Shown here in pieces: positions 30,344 through 36,220 of a DNA stretch of 36,220 nt (positions are counted from its first letter, which is position 1; every line of letters starts with the position of its first letter). Made by a program: the position numbers and the translations under genes. This stretch comes from a virus, in IMG/VR virus record IMGVR_UViG_3300045988_159601, positions 1-36,220 of that record, one strand, 5' to 3'. The notes beneath the pieces were generated by a model. The model did not search any database, was not told where the DNA came from, and saw only the letters and a list, made by a program, of their open reading frames with translations.

Positions 30344-33074
30344 GCCGTCCCGGCGGTTAGTGCTGGACTTAGAGACGTTTTCCAGCGCTGACCTGCCCCG
30401 TGGCGGGGTAAAAAAATACACGGAAGCGCCGGACTTCGAGATTCTTCTCATGTCCTACGCTTGGGATGGTGGGCCGGTGCAACTGTGGGATTTCACCCAG
30501 TACGGCCCGCCGGACTGGTTGGCCCCCGTACTCGTGGACCCTGCATTTACTAAAATCGCCTGGAACGTATCATTTGAGCGGAACTGTCTCAACGCGGCCC
30601 TGGGCATCTATACCCCGCCCGAACAGTGGCGGGACGCTATGACCCTGGCCGCTATGAACGGCCTGCCTATGTCGCTGGACGCGGCGGGCGCGGCCCTGCA
30701 ACTCCAACAGCAGAAACTCGCTATCGGTAAAGCCCTTATCCGGTATTTCTGCACACCGTGTAAGCCCACGATTTCAAATAAGGGCCGAACTCGTAACCTG
30801 CCCGAACACGCCCCGGACAAGTGGGAGCAGTTCAAGGAATACTGTTTGAGGGATACCGTTGTTGAGCAAACCATATACGACCGGTTAGCGTCGTTCCCCG
30901 TCCCCGAATGGGAGCGCCGGTTAGAGGCATTGGACGCCCACATAAACGAAAGGGGCGTGCTGGTGGACATGGAACTAGCCGAATCCGCCGTAGCGCTCGA
31001 CGAACGGTCCCGCGCTCAGAACGTGGCAGAGATGCAGGCAATCACCGGGCTGGATAACCCCGGAAGTGTGGCCCAGCTCAAGGCGTGGCTCTCCACTAAA
31101 AACGTCAACGTGGCCAGCCTGAACAAGGCCACCGTGTCCGAATTGTTGGACACTGTGACAGACCCAGCAACCCGCCGGGTGCTGGAATTGCGACAGCTGA
31201 CCGGCAAAACGTCTACCAAAAAATACCAGGCTATCCTAGACGCGGCCTGTGCAGACCACCGAATCCGTGGCCTGCTCCAATACTACGGAGCGGCCCGGAC
31301 TGGGCGGTGGGCCGGGCGGCGGGTACAGCTGCAAAACCTGGCACAGAACCATCTAGAGAATATCGGCACTGTGAGAGAGTTAGTCCGTGCCCGCGACCTG
31401 GAGACCCTAGAGCTTGCCTATGACAGCGTGCCTGACGTACTGTCTCAGCTCATCCGCACTGCCCTGATAGCCAAACCGGGGCACACGTTCCTGGTGGCGG
31501 ACTATTCGGCGATTGAGGCCCGCGTCGTGGCGTGGATGGCCGGGGAGCAGTGGCGGATGGATGTTTTCGCCCAGGGTGGGGACATCTATTGCAGCTCTGC
31601 CTCTCAGATGTTCCATGTGCCCGTCGTAAAACACGGCGTAAACGGTCACTTGCGCCAAAAGGGCAAGATCGCGGAGCTGGCTTGTATCGCTGAGGGACAA
31701 TTAGTGCTAACCGATACCGGCCTAGTGCCTATCGAGCAGGTGACAACGGACCATCTCGTATGGGATGGGATAGAGTGGGTAAACCATGACGGCGTTGTTT
31801 GCCGTGGAGAACGGGAGGTAATCAGTTATGGGGGATTGGAGGCGACAGCGGACCACCTCGTATGGGCCACGCTCGACGGGAACAGTGGGCCGGTACAGTT
31901 CGGAGACGCCGCCACCAGCGGCGCACATCTCTTACAAACCGGAACAGGTAGGAACCCGGTTCGGGTGGGTGACGATCATCGACCCGGAAAAACGATGGAA
32001 CAAGAGCTGGAACCATTGTTACGTCCTGACCCGGTGCAACGGTTGCGGACGGGAACAATGACAGTATCTGGACAACCTGAGAAGCGGAAAATCCAAAGGC
32101 GGCCAGAGTTGTTCTCAGCGTCGAGCGGTTCCCCGTTGGTTGGACCGGCGTTTTACGGCGGCAAAACAGCGTTGCGAGAATCCGAAGGATACGAATTACA
32201 AGAACTACGGGGCACGGGGGATACAGTTTCGGTTTCCGAGTGTGACAGACGCCGCTATTTACATGATCGAGACGAACGGGCTTCCAGACCGGAGTTTAGA
32301 GCTGGACCGGATAGACGTAAACGGCCACTACGAGCCGGGCAATCTGAGATGGGTAACACACCAACAGAACTGCCAGAACCAACGCCGATTTCTGGAAAAG
32401 TGAGAGTGTACGATATCCTGAACGCGGGGCCGCGTCACCGATTCACCGTATCCGGGGTTCTGGTTCATAACTGCGGTTACGGCGGCGGTGTAGGCGCGTT
32501 GAAAGCGTTTGGTGCAGACAAAATGGGCCTGTCGGAGGATGAAATGCAAACCATCGTCCAGCATTGGAGACGGGCATCTCCTACTATCCCCCGTTTCTGG
32601 TCTGCGACCGAGCGGGCCGCCCGGTCTGCGCTGGCCCACCCCGGCAAAACGTTTTCCGTCCAGCCCTGCGGGGTGAAATACCGCCGGGACGCGGACGCCC
32701 TGCGGTGTAAGCTGCCCAGCGGGCGTATCCTGTCGTACTGGGGCGCGAACATAGGCCCAGACGGACACCTGTATTACATGGGCCAGAACCAGACTACTAG
32801 AAAATGGGAGCGGACGGAGACATGGGGCGGCAAACTGGTAGAGAACATCGTCCAGGCCGTGGCCCGTGACTGTCTGGCCGTTGCCCTGCTTCGGCTTGAT
32901 GATGCTGGTTTTCAAACACTATTCACCGTCCACGATGAGGTAATAGTGGAGGAACCACAGGGACGCAGGACATGGCAGGACGTGGCCGAAATCATGGGCC
33001 AACCCATTGACTGGGCACCAGGTCTGTTGTTACGCGGGGACGGCTACGAGACACCATTTTATATGAAGGACTGA
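30309..33074 (+). CDS. Family-A DNA polymerase (3'-5' exo + pol) containing an intein. The start could be 30309, 30321 or 30327.
   Basis: ExoI LVLDLETFS, motif A LVADYSAIEARV, motif B KGKIAELA/CGYGGG interrupted by the intein, and motif C FTVHDEV. Confidence 0.9.
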   Translation: MTWKMTMTSRTEPSRRLVLDLETFSSADLPRGGVKKYTEAPDFEILLMSYAWDGGPVQLWDFTQYGPPDWLAPVLVDPAFTKIAWNVSFERNCLNAALGIYTPPEQWRDAMTLAAMNGLPMSLDAAGAALQLQQQKLAIGKALIRYFCTPCKPTISNKGRTRNLPEHAPDKWEQFKEYCLRDTVVEQTIYDRLASFPVPEWERRLEALDAHINERGVLVDMELAESAVALDERSRAQNVAEMQAITGLDNPGSVAQLKAWLSTKNVNVASLNKATVSELLDTVTDPATRRVLELRQLTGKTSTKKYQAILDAACADHRIRGLLQYYGAARTGRWAGRRVQLQNLAQNHLENIGTVRELVRARDLETLELAYDSVPDVLSQLIRTALIAKPGHTFLVADYSAIEARVVAWMAGEQWRMDVFAQGGDIYCSSASQMFHVPVVKHGVNGHLRQKGKIAELACIAEGQLVLTDTGLVPIEQVTTDHLVWDGIEWVNHDGVVCRGEREVISYGGLEATADHLVWATLDGNSGPVQFGDAATSGAHLLQTGTGRNPVRVGDDHRPGKTMEQELEPLLRPDPVQRLRTGTMTVSGQPEKRKIQRRPELFSASSGSPLVGPAFYGGKTALRESEGYELQELRGTGDTVSVSECDRRRYLHDRDERASRPEFRAGPDRRKRPLRAGQSEMGNTPTELPEPTPISGKVRVYDILNAGPRHRFTVSGVLVHNCGYGGGVGALKAFGADKMGLSEDEMQTIVQHWRRASPTIPRFWSATERAARSALAHPGKTFSVQPCGVKYRRDADALRCKLPSGRILSYWGANIGPDGHLYYMGQNQTTRKWERTETWGGKLVENIVQAVARDCLAVALLRLDDAGFQTLFTVHDEVIVEEPQGRRTWQDVAEIMGQPIDWAPGLLLRGDGYETPFYMKD
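31683..32471 (+). mobile_element. Intein (263 codons) in motif B of the DNA polymerase
   Basis: Starts CIAEGQLVLTDTGLVPIEQV (block A). Has GGLEATADHLVW (block B, TxxH). Ends RVYDILNAGPRHRFTVSGVLVHN, followed by a +1 Cys (CGYGGG). Confidence 0.85.
31828..32403 (+). pseudogene. HNH_3-like homing-endonuclease reading frame nested in the intein in the +1 frame, interrupted by one TGA (32059..32061)
   Basis: GGGAGG SD at 31813..31818, then ATG 31828. The frame reads ...VGTRFGWVTIIDPEKRWNKSWNHCYVLTRCNGCGREQ*QYLDNLRSGKSKG...FTAAKQRCENPKDTNYKNYGARGIQF...SLELDRIDVNGHYEPGNLRWVTHQQNCQN. Confidence 0.7.
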
Positions 33075-33078
33075 TTAA

Positions 33079-35454
33079 ATGGGACTAACACATGACCGAC
33101 CCCTTGCTATTGCTACCGGTAACAGCCGGAAAACCAAGAGCTGGAAAAATGTATCAATGCCGTGGGGGGAACTGTTGGCCCGCCTGTCCAGCACCGTCCG
33201 CACCCCCGAAACCGTTGCTGAGTACAAGGCGGCAAGCCGGGACCGGCAGGCCGAAATTAAGGACGTCGGTGGGTTTGTCGGTGGGTACTGCCCGAACGGG
33301 CGGCGGGTAGACGTTGAGAGTCGAGCGGTGCTGTGCCTGGACGCCGATTATGCAGATGCCACCCTGTGGGAGGATTACTGTAATTTAATCGTCCGCGCCG
33401 GGGCGATATACAGCACGCACAAACACACCCCGAACAATCCGCGGCTGCGCCTGGTGATACCACTGGCCCGCGACGTGTCCCCGGATGAGTACCAGGCCAT
33501 AGGCCGCAAGATAGCCGATATTCTGGGCATCGACAAGTTTGACGATACCACATACCAGCCTGAGCGGCTTATGTACTGGCCTAGTACGAGCCGGGACGGA
33601 GAGTATGTATTCCACAGCTATGACGCGCCGTTTCTGAATCCCGATGACGTGTTAGCCCTGTATCGGGATTGGCGTGACGTGTCCGCCTGGCCCATGTCCA
33701 GCAGGCAGGCGGGCATAGTCCGCCGGGCCGCGAAGAAACAGGCTGACCCGCTGGACAAGCCCGGCCTAGTCGGCGCATTTTGCAGGGCGTATAGCATCCG
33801 GGATGCTATCGCGGTATTCGTCCCGGAGTATGAACCTTGTGACGTGCCTAACCGGTACACCTACACGGGCGGCTCAACGGCGGCGGGAGTTATTATCTAC
33901 GATGATAAATTTTCGTTTTCGCACCATGCCACCGACCCGGCCAGCGGCCAGTTATGCAACGCTTGGGACCTGGTTCGTATCCATAAATACGGCCCGCTGG
34001 ACGATGATACAGACCCGGACACCCCGGCCAATCAACGGCCCAGCTACAAGGCCATGTGCGACTATGCCAGCGATGACAGCCGGGTAAAGGCCCAGATTCT
34101 GGAAGACCGCCGAGCAGAGTTGGACGCATTCGACACGCTGGACGCTCCGGGCAGTTCACCCACCCAGGCATGGACAGACAAGTTGAAAATGACGGACAAG
34201 GGGGTACTGGTGCAGTCCATCGAAAACACTGTAACGGTGCTATCCAACGACCCCGATCTAGTGGGCTGCGTGGCCCTGAACGAACTGCAAAACAATATTG
34301 TAGCTGTGAAACGGCTTCCGTGGCGGGACGTAGGCAGAGAAAGCCCCTGGGTAGACGCGGACGATGCACAGTTGCGCCTATACCTAGAACAGTGTTACGG
34401 GCTAACCAGCAGGGACAAAATCTTCGACGCGGTGAACGTGGTCGCACAGGTCAACCGGTTCCACCCTATCCGGGACTACCTGGACGGATGCAAATGGGAC
34501 GGTGTGCCCCGCGCGGATACCCTGCTCGTGGACTACCTGGGCGCAGAGGATACCGAGTACACCCGCGCCGTGACCCGCAAAACCCTGGTTGCAGCTGTGT
34601 CCCGAATCTATAACCCTGGTTGTAAATTCGACTACATGTTGACCTTACAGGGGCGGCAAGGCCTGGGCAAATCCGCCATTATTGCCAAACTAGGCGGGCC
34701 GTGGTACTCCGACACGCTGACCACGGTAACGGGCAAAGAGGCCTATGAGCAGCTGGTGGGCGTGTGGATTATGGAGGTTGGTGAGTTGGCCGGTATGCGT
34801 ATCGCAGAGAGCAACGCGGTAAAACAGTTTATCTCTAAGGCGTCTGACCGGTACCGCCCCGCATACGGGCGGCGCATCCAGGATTTCCCCAGGCAGTGCA
34901 TTTTTATCGGCACCACGAATGAGATGCAGTTCCTTCGGGACAGCACTGGTAACCGCCGTTTCTGGGTGGTGGCCACACCCAACGACCCGGCCTGTGACAT
35001 GTGGACAGACCTGGACGCTGAGACGGTAAAGCAGGTATGGGCAGAAGCCCGCCACTACTACCAGGCGGGAGAGACGTTGTACCTGTCCCGCGAGCTGGAA
35101 GAGCAGGCGCAGGCTGTGCAGGAAGGGTTTGAAGAGGAAGACCCCCACGTTGGCCTTGTGGCCGAGTTTTTGGAGCGCCTACTCCCCCCGGACTGGAAGG
35201 ACCGGGACCTGTTCGACCGGCGGCAATGGCTGGAATCAGGCGCGGTTGGTACCGTCCAGCGTGAAACAGTCTGCACCGCTGAGATTTGGGCGGAAGCCCT
35301 GGACGGGGACCCCCGGAAATTCGACCGCTACGCCGGTATGAAAATCCGGGCCATTATGAGCAAACTGCCGGGTTGGCGGTCCTGCGGGAACCTGAAAATC
35401 GTCGTAAAGCCCTACGGGCGTCAACGGTATTTCAAACGGAAGGGGGTGTTGTGA
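33079..35454 (+). CDS. Primase/helicase: N-terminal primase-like domain + VirE-family P-loop NTPase
   Basis: 791 aa. Walker A QGRQGLGKSA, and RYRPAYGRRIQDFPRQCIFIGTTNE...GNRRFWVV typical of VirE (PF05272-like). Confidence 0.85.
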   Translation: MGLTHDRPLAIATGNSRKTKSWKNVSMPWGELLARLSSTVRTPETVAEYKAASRDRQAEIKDVGGFVGGYCPNGRRVDVESRAVLCLDADYADATLWEDYCNLIVRAGAIYSTHKHTPNNPRLRLVIPLARDVSPDEYQAIGRKIADILGIDKFDDTTYQPERLMYWPSTSRDGEYVFHSYDAPFLNPDDVLALYRDWRDVSAWPMSSRQAGIVRRAAKKQADPLDKPGLVGAFCRAYSIRDAIAVFVPEYEPCDVPNRYTYTGGSTAAGVIIYDDKFSFSHHATDPASGQLCNAWDLVRIHKYGPLDDDTDPDTPANQRPSYKAMCDYASDDSRVKAQILEDRRAELDAFDTLDAPGSSPTQAWTDKLKMTDKGVLVQSIENTVTVLSNDPDLVGCVALNELQNNIVAVKRLPWRDVGRESPWVDADDAQLRLYLEQCYGLTSRDKIFDAVNVVAQVNRFHPIRDYLDGCKWDGVPRADTLLVDYLGAEDTEYTRAVTRKTLVAAVSRIYNPGCKFDYMLTLQGRQGLGKSAIIAKLGGPWYSDTLTTVTGKEAYEQLVGVWIMEVGELAGMRIAESNAVKQFISKASDRYRPAYGRRIQDFPRQCIFIGTTNEMQFLRDSTGNRRFWVVATPNDPACDMWTDLDAETVKQVWAEARHYYQAGETLYLSRELEEQAQAVQEGFEEEDPHVGLVAEFLERLLPPDWKDRDLFDRRQWLESGAVGTVQRETVCTAEIWAEALDGDPRKFDRYAGMKIRAIMSKLPGWRSCGNLKIVVKPYGRQRYFKRKGVL

Positions 35455-35455
35455 G

Positions 35456-35749
35456 ATGCTGGAAAAATTTTTAGAACAGAAGCTCGTGCGGCGTGTAAAG
35501 GCCGCCGGGGGTATGTGCCTGAAATGGTCCAGCCCCGGCGCGGCGGGTGTGCCGGATAGAATCGTACTCCTACCCGGCGGGCGCGTGATCTTCGTGGAAA
35601 CGAAGCGCCCCAAGGGCGGGCGCAGGTCTGCGTTGCAAAAATGGTGGGCCTCTGAACTGATTGCATTAAATTTCAGATACTGGTGCATCTGGAATGAGAA
35701 GGACCTGCAAGAGTTTGTCAGCTACGAGTTAGGGGGAAACGATGAATGA
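35456..35749 (+). CDS. VRR-NUC domain nuclease
   Basis: 97 aa. GVPDRIVLLPGGRVIFVETKRPKG (PD..ExK). Confidence 0.85.
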   Translation: MLEKFLEQKLVRRVKAAGGMCLKWSSPGAAGVPDRIVLLPGGRVIFVETKRPKGGRRSALQKWWASELIALNFRYWCIWNEKDLQEFVSYELGGNDE

Positions 35750-36220
35750 GATTCAACCCCTATCCCCACCAACGCGCAGGAATTGATTGGATTGTTTCCC
35801 GGCCCGCCTGTGCCCTGTTTTGGGGCATGGGCAGCGGGAAAACCGTCACCACGCTAACCGCGCTGAACACCATCCTCTATGATCTAATGGAGGATGGTCC
35901 CGCGCTGGTGATAGCCCCTAAACGGGTGGCAGAAAATACCTGGTCTACCGAGTGTGCAAAATGGGAGCATCTGCGACACCTGCGAGTATCCCGTGTCACC
36001 GGTTCGGCCCGTGAACGGCTCGACGCTCTGGCCCGCCCTGCTGATATTTACGTTACCAACCGGGAGAACGTGATTTGGTTGTGTGAGCAGTCCGATGTCT
36101 GGAAGTTTCCGATAGTCGTTATTGACGAACTCTCTAGCTTCAAATCGGCGCAGGCCAAACGCTGGAAAGCGTTGAAACAGGTCAGGCGGCGTATGCGCCG
36201 CGTTATCGAGCTGACTGGTA
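35746..36220 (+). CDS. SNF2/DEAD-like helicase, N-terminal part (continues at nt 120 after the 119-nt overlap)
   Basis: The ATG at 35746 overlaps the VRR-NUC stop (ATGA). Walker A WGMGSGKT and DExx-type VVIDELSSF. Open to the window end. Confidence 0.85.
   Translation, partial: MRFNPYPHQRAGIDWIVSRPACALFWGMGSGKTVTTLTALNTILYDLMEDGPALVIAPKRVAENTWSTECAKWEHLRHLRVSRVTGSARERLDALARPADIYVTNRENVIWLCEQSDVWKFPIVVIDELSSFKSAQAKRWKALKQVRRRMRRVIELTG
36102..36220. repeat. Terminal direct repeat, identical to 1..119
   Basis: See the feature at 1..119. Confidence 0.95.

Noticed and set aside
32059-32061. TGA read as an amino acid (alternative genetic code) to rescue the nested endonuclease frame
   Set aside because: TGA terminates many well-supported genes here (for example 1458..1460, 28655..28657, 33072..33074, 35452..35454, 35747..35749), so the standard code applies and the TGA is a genuine interruption.

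Overview
The window is a complete, circularly permuted genome of a temperate siphovirus-type phage or prophage. Nt 1..119 repeat exactly at 36102..36220, so the unique length is 36,101 bp. GC content is high and the proteins look like those of Firmicutes (Clostridia-type) phages; that host call is inference. No tRNA, rRNA or CRISPR array was seen.

Layout:
- Plus-strand early block (26.27 kb to 36.1 kb, wrapping to 3.1 kb): small RHH protein, BRO-N/KilAC antirepressor, then a replication module of DUF2800 PD-(D/E)XK nuclease, DUF2815 SSB, family-A DNA polymerase, VirE-type primase/helicase, VRR-NUC and SNF2 helicase (split by the window junction). After that come a dCTP deaminase and small accessory genes.
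- Minus-strand late block (22.3 kb down to 3.9 kb): HNH, TerS, TerL, portal, HK97 protease, HK97-fold capsid, connectors, tail tube, G/GT chaperone with a -1 slippery site, a 1217-aa tape measure, tail-tip and fibre genes including a polyglycine protein, holin and amidase.
- Lysogeny module (24.4-26.3 kb): tyrosine integrase and a cI-like repressor with back-to-back promoters.

Most interesting observations:
1. A 263-codon intein sits in motif B of the DNA polymerase. Its homing-endonuclease-like sequence lies in the +1 frame, with its own SD-ATG and one in-frame TGA, while the polymerase frame stays open across it.
2. Two minus-strand accessory loci about 20 kb apart share a near-identical promoter, TGTACA repeats and 5' leader. 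One is an acidic protein + HTH moron; the other is a four-gene small-ORF cassette.
3. The small-ORF cassettes are separated by a repeated structured intergenic element with covarying tetraloop hairpins.
4. A non-coding region carries a GTGGAACAA iteron array, an AT-rich tract and a 12-mer tandem array. It is a candidate origin or protein-binding platform.
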